This document shows, piece after piece, positions 36,647 through 46,040 of a stretch of DNA of 64,000 nt; positions within the stretch are counted from its first letter, which is position 1; every line of letters starts with the position of its first letter. The translations under genes and the position numbers were made by a program. The notes under the pieces are model-generated. The model saw only the letters and a program-made list of their open reading frames with translations. It did no database searches and was not told where the DNA came from. This DNA comes from a virus, in the IMG/VR virus record IMGVR_UViG_3300020607_000001, positions 7,967-71,966 of that record; one strand, given 5' to 3'.

Positions 36647-37801
36647 ATGAGCAAATACTATGACCAGTGGGTGAAAGACGGAAAACCATCTTTCCGGAAA
36701 TTCGCCAAGAAAGTCGGGGTTAATGAGTCCTCAGTTCGGAAATCCATCAACAAGCACATTGCACGATTAGAAACTCAAGAGGATGCAGAACAAGCAATCC
36801 TCGACGGGATGGAAGATCTCGGCTTTATTGGACACCCGGACTCAGGATGGGTGAAATCCCAAAAACCCGATAAGCACGGACGGACCTACTCCTTCCGATT
36901 TGACAACAAAAAAGATGCAGAAGATCAGCAGTCCAAGATGGACGCCATCGCTGCCAAGTTCACCGGAACATCCCCCGTCAAATTCAAAATTCCCAAAGAG
37001 ACCGGGAACAAACGGGTCAAGAAAGCCTTCATTTCCATCTCAGATCTTCACTCTGGCTCCCTCGCATGGGGCAAAGAGACCGGCTACGGTGATTGGGATC
37101 TGGACATTGCCATGACACGTCTACGTGCTTGGCTCACGAAGCTCCTGAACCACGTCCGTGAAGAGAACGTCGATGAGATCATCCTGTTCTACAATGGCGA
37201 CACTCTTCACACCAACGGCAAAGAACCAATGACCTCGACTGCTGGTTCCAGCCACATCCTCGACACCGACAGTCGCCACTTCAAAGTGGTGGACAACACA
37301 GGTGAAGAGATCATCTACACCACTGATATTGCTGCACAAATCGCTGATGTCCGACTGGTCATCAAGCGAGGCAACCATGATGGTGACAGCTATCTTGCAC
37401 TCCTTCAGGGTGCGAAATGGCGATACCACAATCAGCCAAACGTTCACGTCGAAGTGGATCCCAATGACTATTGGGCGCACATCTTCGGGAAGGTTGCACT
37501 GTTTGGTCACCATGGTGATAAGGTCAAACCAGAACGCCTGATCATGCAATTCATGCAGCGGTATCGGAAAGAGATCGCAGATGTCGAACACGTCACAGTG
37601 TGGACAGGCGACAAGCATCACCGGAAACTTGAACAATTCCCCGGAGTTGTATGGGAACAGGCTTCCAACTGGTGTGAACCTGATCAATATGGTTCAGCCT
37701 ACGGTGACACCGCTATGGCACAGGCCGTCATCTATGATGAGGTCGAAGGTGAACGGACACGTTTCACTGTCAAAGCGTCCCAAATCTTTGAAACCACATA
37801 A
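36647..37801 (+). CDS. HTH + calcineurin-like metallophosphoesterase
   Basis: SDLH, GDTLH, GNHD, HHGD, GDKHH. N-terminal SFRKFAKKVGVNESSVRK is HTH-like. Confidence 0.85.
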   Translation: MSKYYDQWVKDGKPSFRKFAKKVGVNESSVRKSINKHIARLETQEDAEQAILDGMEDLGFIGHPDSGWVKSQKPDKHGRTYSFRFDNKKDAEDQQSKMDAIAAKFTGTSPVKFKIPKETGNKRVKKAFISISDLHSGSLAWGKETGYGDWDLDIAMTRLRAWLTKLLNHVREENVDEIILFYNGDTLHTNGKEPMTSTAGSSHILDTDSRHFKVVDNTGEEIIYTTDIAAQIADVRLVIKRGNHDGDSYLALLQGAKWRYHNQPNVHVEVDPNDYWAHIFGKVALFGHHGDKVKPERLIMQFMQRYRKEIADVEHVTVWTGDKHHRKLEQFPGVVWEQASNWCEPDQYGSAYGDTAMAQAVIYDEVEGERTRFTVKASQIFETT

Positions 37802-37813
37802 GGAAGATCTCCT

Positions 37814-38425
37814 ATGACGAAAGCACGATTTGCAGTCGGTCAAACTGTCACTGCTGGGGAGGGAGACGAGAAAGTCTCCGTCCTCATCAAAGCCATCCAC
37901 GCATCTCGCAAGGGTAACGTTTACGTGTGCGAAGGCCCTGACGGTAAGACCGCAGAAATCCCAGCCAATGAGCTGACAGCTATTGTGAAGACTCAGAAAC
38001 CATCTCTGACCGGCACTCAAACGACATACCTGCTTCAAGGTTGTCCGGCTGAACAGATCACATCTCTGGCTGGGCGTGATTTCACTGACATCCGCGTTAC
38101 GAGCAAATGGTATCTCGCCGTCGAAGAAGACGACGTGATCCCTTACTACACTTCTGTGAAGAGCGAAGACTTCGTTCCATCGGAAGAGACTTACCCTGAA
38201 CGGGGTGAGCTGATCTGTAACGTGGTTGTGGTGGAAAAGACCCTGTATGCCACCTTCGATGAAGCAATTGCAGCATCGGAAGAGAACCACTTCGTTCTCG
38301 CAGGCAACAGCACAGGCGATCTGAAGACCCTGATCACAGACATCTACCCTGACACAGCTCTTGAGCGTGCAGAGAATGATGCTGACGATGGCTTCACAGT
38401 CCTGACACTACGCGTCGCGGAATAA
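37814..38425 (+). CDS. Hypothetical protein
   Basis: 203 aa, SH3-like N-terminus. Confidence 0.7.
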   Translation: MTKARFAVGQTVTAGEGDEKVSVLIKAIHASRKGNVYVCEGPDGKTAEIPANELTAIVKTQKPSLTGTQTTYLLQGCPAEQITSLAGRDFTDIRVTSKWYLAVEEDDVIPYYTSVKSEDFVPSEETYPERGELICNVVVVEKTLYATFDEAIAASEENHFVLAGNSTGDLKTLITDIYPDTALERAENDADDGFTVLTLRVAE

Positions 38426-38445
38426 AACGCCACTCACGGCATTAA

Positions 38446-38473
38446 GGACCTCTCTTCGGAGGGGGTCTTTTTT
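38446..38473 (+). terminator. Rho-independent terminator
   Basis: GGACCTCTC-TTCG-GAGGGGGTC followed by TTTTTT. Confidence 0.8.
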
Positions 38474-38474
38474 A

Positions 38475-38530
38475 TTGACAAAATAGATAGATCTGGTCTT
38501 GGAGCTAGAAAGTTGGTACAGCATGGTAGA
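38475..38530 (+). promoter_or_regulatory. Putative host-RNAP (late) promoter for the structural island
   Basis: TTGACA at 38475 immediately after the terminator; -10 element unclear. Confidence 0.4.
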
Positions 38531-38550
38531 CCAACATAAGGACAAGGCCC

Positions 38551-39030
38551 ATGAGTGACGAATGTGAAGTCCCAGTCCTCGATTTCAAACGAGGCGACGA
38601 CCTGAAACTGGACTTTACCGTCCAAGATACCAATACGACAGAAGCGATTGCTGCTTTTGCAGTCCTTACCACAGCTCAAGCAGCTCTGGTTGAGGCTCAA
38701 GAAGCCGATCCTGTTGTACCAGCCGACGTTACCGCTGCTGAAGCGGCTGTAACTGCTGCACAGGCAGCCTATGATGCTGAGATCCTCACTTCCATTGCTG
38801 GTTGGACGATACGTGCTCAGGTACGCCGGGGTGGTAAGCTCATTGATGATCTGGACATTCTGATCATCGACGAAGCAGCAGGATGTTTTGCAATCCAGAA
38901 AGATGATCTCCTCACAGCCAATTGGCCAGTGGCACAGCTCGAATGTGACATTGAATTCATCACTACTTCTGGAAAGAACTCATCTGAAACGTTCATCATC
39001 AACGTGAAACGGGATGTAACTCGCACATGA
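38551..39030 (+). CDS. Ig-like (BppU-N-like) anchor protein with helical insertion
   Basis: FKRGDD...GWTIRAQVR...WPV...DIEF...SETF..V..DVT pattern. Confidence 0.65.
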   Translation: MSDECEVPVLDFKRGDDLKLDFTVQDTNTTEAIAAFAVLTTAQAALVEAQEADPVVPADVTAAEAAVTAAQAAYDAEILTSIAGWTIRAQVRRGGKLIDDLDILIIDEAAGCFAIQKDDLLTANWPVAQLECDIEFITTSGKNSSETFIINVKRDVTRT

Positions 39031-39575
39031 GCCATAAACCATACTCCCTCAACGTCCAATTGGGTCCACTGTTTACGCTGAAATGTGTCAACAACTCAGG
39101 CCCCAAAGGTGACAACAGCAAGTTCTCGCTGTCTCCATGCCCACCTTCTCAGGTGGTACAAATCGTTGTGGGTGCCAAAACCTCATCCTTGTTTGCAAAC
39201 AATGGTGGAGGGGGTGCTGCTGGGACAAATGCTTATTCTGGTTCAACTATCACTGCATCAGCACCTCTTGCTGGAATGCGAGCAGTCACTGTGCTCGGCA
39301 CATATTGCCAACCAAACTACGACAGCCTGTCCTCTTATGCAGGCGTCACCGTCAACTCCATGGCCCAAGGAGCTACAGGCTCCGTCATCAAAGAAGGTCT
39401 CCTTCAAGGTGGTGGACCATGGATCCCATCTGTACCTATTTACGTATACAACGATGGGGTGTTGACCCAATCGTTGAATTTGCCAGAGTGGCGACGTATA
39501 GGGTATGCCGTAACAGCATCTCAGGTCAATTTGGATCCTTTTCCGTTCCTAGAGCTGTCATCCGCCAACTGGTAA
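39027..39575 (+). CDS. Head-fibre/decoration-like protein (DUF2190-like), paralog of 42111-42587
   Basis: RAVT...LSSYAGVT...DGVLTQ...RRIGYA..A.Q.NLDPFP. Confidence 0.65.
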   Translation: MSHKPYSLNVQLGPLFTLKCVNNSGPKGDNSKFSLSPCPPSQVVQIVVGAKTSSLFANNGGGGAAGTNAYSGSTITASAPLAGMRAVTVLGTYCQPNYDSLSSYAGVTVNSMAQGATGSVIKEGLLQGGGPWIPSVPIYVYNDGVLTQSLNLPEWRRIGYAVTASQVNLDPFPFLELSSANW

Positions 39576-39588
39576 AGGAGAAAAAACC

Positions 39589-40146
39589 ATGGCTGCTTTT
39601 CAAATCTTCAAAGAAACCGCCCTTCCGGGTACGTTGGTTGCAAACTCGATCTACCTGATCACGCACCCGACGAACACAGACTATCTGGAAGTCTATGTCA
39701 CCAACAACGCTGGTACAGCTACTCGTCGCATCCCGACAGAAGCTGACATCCAAGCCCTTATCAACAGCTCTCTCAGTGCTCTGAATGCTGTTGACGTTGT
39801 GGCAGACATCGCAACTCGTGATGCTCTGACCCCTGCACAGGGTGACCAAGCCTTCGTCATCGACGCAACAGGCGATCCTACCGTGGACTCCGGTGGTGCA
39901 ACGTACATCTACGACGGCACTGCATGGGTGAAAATCAGCGAAGCTGAGTCCATGGACGTGGCTCTGGACTGGAACAACATCATCAACGGCCCGACCTCTT
40001 CGGCTGGTGCCATTGATGCTGCGGTTGCAAACAGCCACACACACGCCAACAAGACCGAACTGGACAAAATCGACGAAGACGTTGATGGCGATCCAACCTA
40101 CGACGGACGGAATATCGTTCTTCGTGGCGGTCCTCCTGCGTGGTAA
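39589..40146 (+). CDS. Fibre segment protein
   Basis: ALPGTLVANSIYL, VADIATRDAL, DATGDPTVDSGGATY, WVKISEAESMD, SHTHANK. Confidence 0.7.
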   Translation: MAAFQIFKETALPGTLVANSIYLITHPTNTDYLEVYVTNNAGTATRRIPTEADIQALINSSLSALNAVDVVADIATRDALTPAQGDQAFVIDATGDPTVDSGGATYIYDGTAWVKISEAESMDVALDWNNIINGPTSSAGAIDAAVANSHTHANKTELDKIDEDVDGDPTYDGRNIVLRGGPPAW

Positions 40147-40157
40147 GGAGCTAAGTC

Positions 40158-40346
40158 ATGGCTGCAACTCAAATCACAAAGACAGTTTCTGTCCTACCTG
40201 CGACGTTGCAGCCTGACACCCTTTATCTGGTGCGTACAGGCTCCGGTTTTGACATCTTCATGACTGACTTAACCGGGGCCGTCGCCTTTCAATCCAACAA
40301 CCCCGGAGGAGGTGGACCTCCTCAGTGGACAACAGAGAATTGGTAA
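40158..40346 (+). CDS. Small fibre segment protein
   Basis: VLPATLQPDTLYLVRTGSGFD, paralogous to the N-terminus of 39589. AAGGAG SD. Confidence 0.7.
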   Translation: MAATQITKTVSVLPATLQPDTLYLVRTGSGFDIFMTDLTGAVAFQSNNPGGGGPPQWTTENW

Positions 40347-40349
40347 ACC

Positions 40350-41042
40350 ATGCCTGATGACGTAACCTTTCACAAAGCCGCTGCTCCCGTTGAAACTCCG
40401 GGTGCAATTACCTTTGTCCGTTCACCTGAACAGGACCATGTGACGGCTCACGTGGCTGGAACCAATGGAACAACTCTACCATTCTTTGGGAGCAATGTGA
40501 TCTTTCTGGGCAACGGGGTACAACTTCCCGACCCACCCGCACTATCGACCATGTATGTCAGTTTATCTGGCAAAATGATCTACTATGTTGGAGCAGACGG
40601 AATGGTCATGCTCCTCCCAATCTCGGAGGGCAGTATCTTGGCCAAACTTTATTACGAAGAAGAGAAAGACCCAGTATCTGCAACGGGTACGGGCAACAAC
40701 ACCATGGTGGAGATGACCGAAACATTCGATCCCGGTATCTACCTGATCGACGTAACGTATGGCTGGACGGCTGACTCCACAGGATCTGACTTCATTACAG
40801 AAGTCCTCGTTGATGGTTCACCTGCCTGTCAGCTTCACCAGCAGGAACCACAGGATGCTGCCGGTTCAGTTGCGTGGACAAACACAAACCAGCTCCAAAC
40901 AGGGATCAAACGGTTCACTGTTGATTTCACTGATGGAGCTTCACACACAATTACTGTCCAGTTCCGAGCATCAGGAGCAATCCCTGTCTCAATGTTCGAT
41001 ACTACCATTCTGGCATGGAACCTGACGGAGCTTGCACAATGA
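40350..41042 (+). CDS. Fibre tip-like protein
   Basis: N-terminus similar to the two previous genes; C-terminal beta-sandwich-like region. Confidence 0.6.
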   Translation: MPDDVTFHKAAAPVETPGAITFVRSPEQDHVTAHVAGTNGTTLPFFGSNVIFLGNGVQLPDPPALSTMYVSLSGKMIYYVGADGMVMLLPISEGSILAKLYYEEEKDPVSATGTGNNTMVEMTETFDPGIYLIDVTYGWTADSTGSDFITEVLVDGSPACQLHQQEPQDAAGSVAWTNTNQLQTGIKRFTVDFTDGASHTITVQFRASGAIPVSMFDTTILAWNLTELAQ

Positions 41043-41623
41043 CCAAAATCATGAAATTGAATACTGCTGAGATGGTCGGGGCTGCCAATGTCGGTCCTGT
41101 CATTTCTCACATCTCCGGCCTTCCTGAAGTGATAGGTATTACTTGCCGTGGTTTGGAAGTCACAATCACATTCGCTGAAGAGCTGGATGCGATCCAGCAA
41201 ACCACTGTAAAAGCAATGGAACTGACGCTTCCTCTGAATGCTCGGATCATTCGTTATTCAAAAGTGGCCTCTGAAGACTGTGGAAAAGCTATCACAGCCG
41301 GTCTCTGGTCTGATGTCACTGGAACCAACATGTTCTATAACTCTGACGTTGAAACTCAACTCAACTTGGTTGGAGCTGTGGTCTCTCAGACTGACACCTA
41401 TTGGCACGCTCGTGAGTATATTGGTGGGGAGAAAATCCCTGTCCTGCATACCCCAATGCAGTTGATCGGGCTGGGTCAAGCTATCAAGACGTGGAAGGAA
41501 GAACGCATTTACGTCTTCCAATATTTTCGAACTCAGCTACAAGCATGTACGACAACCGCCCAATGTGATGCCCTGTTCCAAACATGGGATGCTATGGCTG
41601 CACCAATTTACCCAACGGAGTAA
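41039..41623 (+). CDS. DUF4376-like fibre-associated protein
   Basis: AITAGLWSDVTG...YNSDVETQLNLVG...HTPMQL..LG. Confidence 0.65.
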   Translation: MTKIMKLNTAEMVGAANVGPVISHISGLPEVIGITCRGLEVTITFAEELDAIQQTTVKAMELTLPLNARIIRYSKVASEDCGKAITAGLWSDVTGTNMFYNSDVETQLNLVGAVVSQTDTYWHAREYIGGEKIPVLHTPMQLIGLGQAIKTWKEERIYVFQYFRTQLQACTTTAQCDALFQTWDAMAAPIYPTE

Positions 41624-41629
41624 GCCATC

Positions 41630-42121
41630 ATGGACAAGTATCAAAGCCCGAACCTGTATCAGCCTACATCAACCCGCCTTGCTTTTTACAAAGCCAAAGG
41701 AACGTGGGTTGATCGCCTCATTCGATGGGGCAGCTCATCCAAATACTCTCACGTTGAGCTGATCGGGCCTGATGGTCTGGGCTGGTCTGCATCACCTCGT
41801 GACGGGAAAGTCCGGAAAGTGAAGATCGACTTTGACTCCGGAAACTGGGATGTCATTGATCTGCCTTGGAAAAACCTTGATGTCGTCGCTGATCGTATCA
41901 ACGATGAGATGGGCAAAAAGTACGACTGGATAGGCGTCATCTCCAACCATGTCATTCGTTTGGTTCGACCCAACAAAGGCAAATGGTTCTGTTCAGAAAT
42001 ATGTGCTCATGGTCTCGGACTGGACAACCCTCACACCTTCTCACCCGGCAGTCTTGCCGACACGGTTCGTTATATGACGACCTATGTGAACAAGCTGAAG
42101 GGAGATACTGATGGGTCTTAA
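41630..42121 (+). CDS. Permuted papain-like amidase (YaeF/YiiX, NlpC/P60 superfamily)
   Basis: YSHVEL, GKKYDW.G, KWFCSE, SPG.L. Confidence 0.8.
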   Translation: MDKYQSPNLYQPTSTRLAFYKAKGTWVDRLIRWGSSSKYSHVELIGPDGLGWSASPRDGKVRKVKIDFDSGNWDVIDLPWKNLDVVADRINDEMGKKYDWIGVISNHVIRLVRPNKGKWFCSEICAHGLGLDNPHTFSPGSLADTVRYMTTYVNKLKGDTDGS

Positions 42122-42587
42122 TATGACACGTGAGCTGGGACCACAGTTCATCATCACCAACAAATCTGATCAATTGACCCTCCAAGTGGGGGTTAAAAGC
42201 TCGTCTCTATTCCAAACTGGAGGGACTGGTGGTGGTACAACTGTTACAGTCTCCTCTGACGGTGTGGAAATCACAGCCGCTGAACCATTGGGAGCATATC
42301 GTGCTGTCACCCATGGTGGCCTGTACTGTGACTCCACCGTCGAAGATCTCTCTGCTTATGCAGGGGTTACCACTGTCGCTCTGGCAACGGGTGCAACAGG
42401 GACTGTGGTTCGTACTGGGTTGGTCTCTGACACCCTGTGGACATGGACACCAAATCAGGCTGTCTTTATCTCCACAGACGGGGTATTGACTCAGACACCG
42501 CCTGCTCTACCGCTTCGGCGGATAGGCTGGGCAATCTCTGCAACCCAAATCAATCTCGATCCCTTCCCAATCATCGTAGGAGAATAA
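42111..42587 (+). CDS. Head-fibre/decoration-like protein, paralog of 39027-39575
   Basis: RAVT...LSAYAGVT...WTWTP...DGVLTQTPP...RRIGWAISATQINLDPFP. Confidence 0.65.
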   Translation: MGLNMTRELGPQFIITNKSDQLTLQVGVKSSSLFQTGGTGGGTTVTVSSDGVEITAAEPLGAYRAVTHGGLYCDSTVEDLSAYAGVTTVALATGATGTVVRTGLVSDTLWTWTPNQAVFISTDGVLTQTPPALPLRRIGWAISATQINLDPFPIIVGE

Positions 42588-42589
42588 TC

Positions 42590-43099
42590 ATGGCTGGTGA
42601 AAAATTTCTGAAACACGACGCAAACGGTAACCTTCAAGAAATCGTTTCCGTTCAAGTAGGTGGTGCTCCCAATGCGGAAAAACTGCCTTCCCTCGACGCC
42701 GCAGGCCGTCTGGACATCACAATGATGCCAACTGGTCTGGGCAGCGATACTGCTGTTCTCCCATGTCTGGGCGATCTGGCAGCCGGTGACTTTGTGAACG
42801 TCTTCGACAACGGCGGTGCATTCACCGTTCGTAAAGCTGACGCTTCATCTGTTGCCACTGCTGCTCATGGCTTCGTCCTTGATGCTGTCCTCGACGGTGG
42901 CAACGCAACTGTCTACTTCGAAGGTACAAACACGGCTGTTCTGGGCATGTCGCCCGGTAGCGTCTATCTGTCCACGACTGCTGGTGTCGGCGCAAACGCT
43001 GCTCCAACTGGTTCTGGCCAGATTGTTCAAAAGATTGGCATTGCTGTTGCAGTCGATCAGATGAACTTCGAAGCCGCCAACCCAATCATCTTGGCGTAA
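42590..43099 (+). CDS. Head-fibre/decoration-like protein
   Basis: LDAAGRLD, LAAGDFVNV, VRKADAS, AHGFVL, VYFEG.N, YLSTTAG, QKIGIA. AGGAG SD. Confidence 0.7.
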   Translation: MAGEKFLKHDANGNLQEIVSVQVGGAPNAEKLPSLDAAGRLDITMMPTGLGSDTAVLPCLGDLAAGDFVNVFDNGGAFTVRKADASSVATAAHGFVLDAVLDGGNATVYFEGTNTAVLGMSPGSVYLSTTAGVGANAAPTGSGQIVQKIGIAVAVDQMNFEAANPIILA

Positions 43100-43103
43100 A
43101 CCA

Positions 43104-43595
43104 ATGCCAGATCGTCGTCCTCTTGTTCTTATAAACGGCAGTCTCTACGTTCTGCCTGTGGGCGACGATCTGGTCACCCACCGTCCTATCGTGCTTGATG
43201 GCGGTGAATTGAAACAGCTCGATGCTGTTGAAAATCCCAGAGACCATCCAGTTCTTGTCTACATCGACGAAGAGTCAGGTGTGTCTCAGTGGAACGGGTT
43301 CGACATCCTCATTGGAGTAGTCAATCCAACAGACTTCAATGTCCACGACATTCAAACCAACATGATTGCAGGCATCCCAACAGGACATCTCGCTTGTTCT
43401 GAGATGCAGCTTCACATTGTGCTTGGTCCTGCAACCGGACAAATATCTATGTCCGATTTATCATCTAACGTCACTTTGGGTCCTTCTTCTGGTCAGATAA
43501 GCGTTGTAAACCTTGAAACAGCCACGATCCCCGGTGTACATCCTCTGGTAACCTCGGTGTCAAATATCGTTGGCAACGTCATTTTGGAGTCCTAA
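43104..43595 (+). CDS. Fibre linker protein with five ~18-aa repeats
   Basis: N-terminal RRPLVLING / HRPIVLDGG duplication; C-terminal repeats. Confidence 0.65.
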   Translation: MPDRRPLVLINGSLYVLPVGDDLVTHRPIVLDGGELKQLDAVENPRDHPVLVYIDEESGVSQWNGFDILIGVVNPTDFNVHDIQTNMIAGIPTGHLACSEMQLHIVLGPATGQISMSDLSSNVTLGPSSGQISVVNLETATIPGVHPLVTSVSNIVGNVILES

Positions 43596-43597
43596 CT

Positions 43598-44560
43598 ATG
43601 GCAGTACTTTATGCATCGAACAGCCTCATTCATTTTGGTGGATCTCCTACCAGCGATGGTAATGCATCGAACTTTGATACCTCAAAATATGATTATGCGA
43701 TCATCATCAATGATGACACGACCTTGGCACAACAGTTCCCACATGACGAAAGCTCGACTGACATCACGGTTTACCAGTGGGATTACAAAGTTCCGATCAA
43801 CTCTGGTTCCAGTGAAGACGGCTACTTCATGGATTGGCGAGATACTGGTGGTAATTTGGTCAGTCGTATTGACGTGCTCAACGGTACATTTGCCATTAAG
43901 GCATATGGAAACTCAGTAGTTACAGATAGTTACAGCTCTTTCATCAGTGCTGCTTCCATCAACAAAATGAAAGTGACTCTCACTGTCACGGCGACAGATG
44001 TCACGGCTTCTTTGGTGATCAATGGTGCTTTTATTACCTCAGCAACAGTCTCAAACACCAACGGAAACGTTGGTAAACCTGTCACAATGAACTTCGCATA
44101 TATCGACAGTATCAATGGTGGTCCGGGATATGCTTCTGGGATCCTCGTGACTGAAGAGGACATCGGCAATCTCGGTTTTGTAAAGCTGAAAGCAGCATCC
44201 ATTGGCACTGATGCTGATCTTGTTGGGACGGTAGCAAACGTCTCTGATGACAATCTGCTGACTGGTGTAATCGCTGATGCAACCAACGAGAAGATCTCCT
44301 TCAATATGGAGACATTCTCTGGAGCCAACCTGATCAAATCCTATGTAACATCTGCTGTCTTGTCGGCAGGTGAGAGTGCTCCTTCGAACTATCGGTTCTA
44401 TCTCCTGATCGGAGGTGTTCAATATCCTGGAGCAACTCAGTCGATCAACTCGAACACCACTCAGTTCGTGCGTGAAGAGTGGACCACTGATCCTTCAGAT
44501 GGACTTCCTTGGACTGAAGCGAAGATCAACGCAGCTCAAGTTGGTATCGAGGTTCTGTAA
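43598..44560 (+). CDS. Putative virion/receptor-binding protein, paralog of 23057-24031
   Basis: MAVLYASNSLIHFGG ... TDPSDGLPWTEAKINAAQVG. Confidence 0.65.
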   Translation: MAVLYASNSLIHFGGSPTSDGNASNFDTSKYDYAIIINDDTTLAQQFPHDESSTDITVYQWDYKVPINSGSSEDGYFMDWRDTGGNLVSRIDVLNGTFAIKAYGNSVVTDSYSSFISAASINKMKVTLTVTATDVTASLVINGAFITSATVSNTNGNVGKPVTMNFAYIDSINGGPGYASGILVTEEDIGNLGFVKLKAASIGTDADLVGTVANVSDDNLLTGVIADATNEKISFNMETFSGANLIKSYVTSAVLSAGESAPSNYRFYLLIGGVQYPGATQSINSNTTQFVREEWTTDPSDGLPWTEAKINAAQVGIEVL

Positions 44561-44799
44561 TGGCTCTACCCGTTTCTCCTATCAAGAAGATCACCAAACT
44601 GGACCGTATCAGTCCCCATAATCTGTACCGTGCAGTTGATTTTCAGGGAGAGAGACCTCGTTACCTACATCTCTCCGGCCTCTCGATCACCGAAGACAAG
44701 AATTACTCGTGGATGGGTACAAAGAAGCAGTTCAATGCGATCTGTGCTCTCCACGAATGGGACGGTTTCAGTCTCGTTTCTGTATCCAAATTCCAATAG
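44560..44799 (+). CDS. Hypothetical protein
   Basis: 79 aa, TAATG-coupled. Confidence 0.6.
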   Translation: MALPVSPIKKITKLDRISPHNLYRAVDFQGERPRYLHLSGLSITEDKNYSWMGTKKQFNAICALHEWDGFSLVSVSKFQ

Positions 44800-44843
44800 C
44801 TCTTCTTTTTTGGTTTCGAACCAAGAAGAAAGGAAACCTCAAT

Positions 44844-45395
44844 ATGCAGTCGTTTATCGAACTGATCCATGCTGATATCTTCAAAGCTCAGCGTGATTTC
44901 ATGCGCCTCATGGAAGCCCCACGGGACTTTGTATGGTGGGCTGATACCCTCATCACCGAGGAGACCAAAGAACTGGTCAAAGCTCACGAAGAAAATGAAG
45001 GGATGGAACAGGTGTTCAAGGAACTGGCTGACGTGATCTACGTCGTCTGTGGCTTTTACAACTCCATGCCGACCTTCCCGCATGAGCTGGTGGACGAGGC
45101 AACCAACAAACGGATCCAAACGATCCTCAACGAAGCATGGACTGCTGTCTGTGTCGTCGGTGAGGCGTATCAGATCCCTGTGAACATCATGGGCGAAGCA
45201 TTTGCTGCTGTCCACGTCTCCAATCTCTCCAAACTGGACGAGAATGGTGTTCCTATCCGTCGCGAAGATGGTAAGATCCTCAAGGGTCCAAACTATCAAG
45301 CCCCGGACATGGCCCCAATTGTTACCAATTGGAAAGCCTTTGTTGAAAACCTCAAAGCACAGGAAACCGAAAGTGATGCTGAAACAACTGACTGA
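44844..45395 (+). CDS. MazG-like / PRA-PH NTP pyrophosphohydrolase
   Basis: LITEETKEL, KELADVIYV, VHVSNLSKL, RREDGKILKGPNY. Confidence 0.88.
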   Translation: MQSFIELIHADIFKAQRDFMRLMEAPRDFVWWADTLITEETKELVKAHEENEGMEQVFKELADVIYVVCGFYNSMPTFPHELVDEATNKRIQTILNEAWTAVCVVGEAYQIPVNIMGEAFAAVHVSNLSKLDENGVPIRREDGKILKGPNYQAPDMAPIVTNWKAFVENLKAQETESDAETTD

Positions 45396-45690
45396 TCAGA
45401 ATTTTCACGACGAAGTTCGTGAACACTACGGACCGGTGGTCATCCTCTTCTCCGGAAGCTGGTGTGGCCCCTGCCAAGCCTTCAAACCAATCGTCGAAGA
45501 CATGTCTCAGAACATGGCAGACGTGAAGTTCATGGTGGCTGACATCGAAGAAGCGAGCCAGATAGCACAGGAGCTGAGCATACGTGCAGTCCCGTCACTG
45601 GCCGTCTTTACCGGTGGCATGATCCAAGAGGTCTTCTCTGGAACCATGTCGAAATCTGATCTTCGGATGTGGATACAAGACGCGATCTAA
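45376..45690 (+). CDS. trxA: Thioredoxin
   Basis: WCGPC active site; IRAVPSL. Confidence 0.92.
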   Translation: MLKQLTDQNFHDEVREHYGPVVILFSGSWCGPCQAFKPIVEDMSQNMADVKFMVADIEEASQIAQELSIRAVPSLAVFTGGMIQEVFSGTMSKSDLRMWIQDAI

Positions 45691-45715
45691 CTTCCTGACT
45701 ACATTGACGAAATTG

Positions 45716-45752
45716 GAACCCTGCTGACTTAGGTTGGCAGGGTTTCTTTTTT
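45716..45752 (+). terminator. Rho-independent terminator
   Basis: GAACCCTGCTGAC-TTAG-GTTGGCAGGGTTT followed by CTTTTTT. Confidence 0.8.
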
Positions 45753-45792
45753 GGTTTCTGGCAATAACGCCGTAACAATGATGGAGTAACCC

Positions 45793-46014
45793 ATGCAAGT
45801 ACCCGGAACACGTAAGACAGTGAATGGTATCATGTCTGCTTTTACAAAGACCATCGCAAGCCTCGATATGGTCGCTGACCAAAACGAGGCCGATGTTGTT
45901 GCTCTGAAAGAGCAGCAGGTGGAAATCGACCGCCAAATCACAACGGCAGGCTCTGAAGCCTCCCGTGCTCGTCAGATCGCGTCTTCTCTGAAAGACCTGA
46001 TCGGAACCGAATAA
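45793..46014 (+). CDS. Small coiled-coil protein upstream of rIIA
   Basis: 73 aa, GGAG SD. Confidence 0.7.
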   Translation: MQVPGTRKTVNGIMSAFTKTIASLDMVADQNEADVVALKEQQVEIDRQITTAGSEASRARQIASSLKDLIGTE

Positions 46015-46040
46015 CTCAACCCAAGAAGGAGACCAGACCG

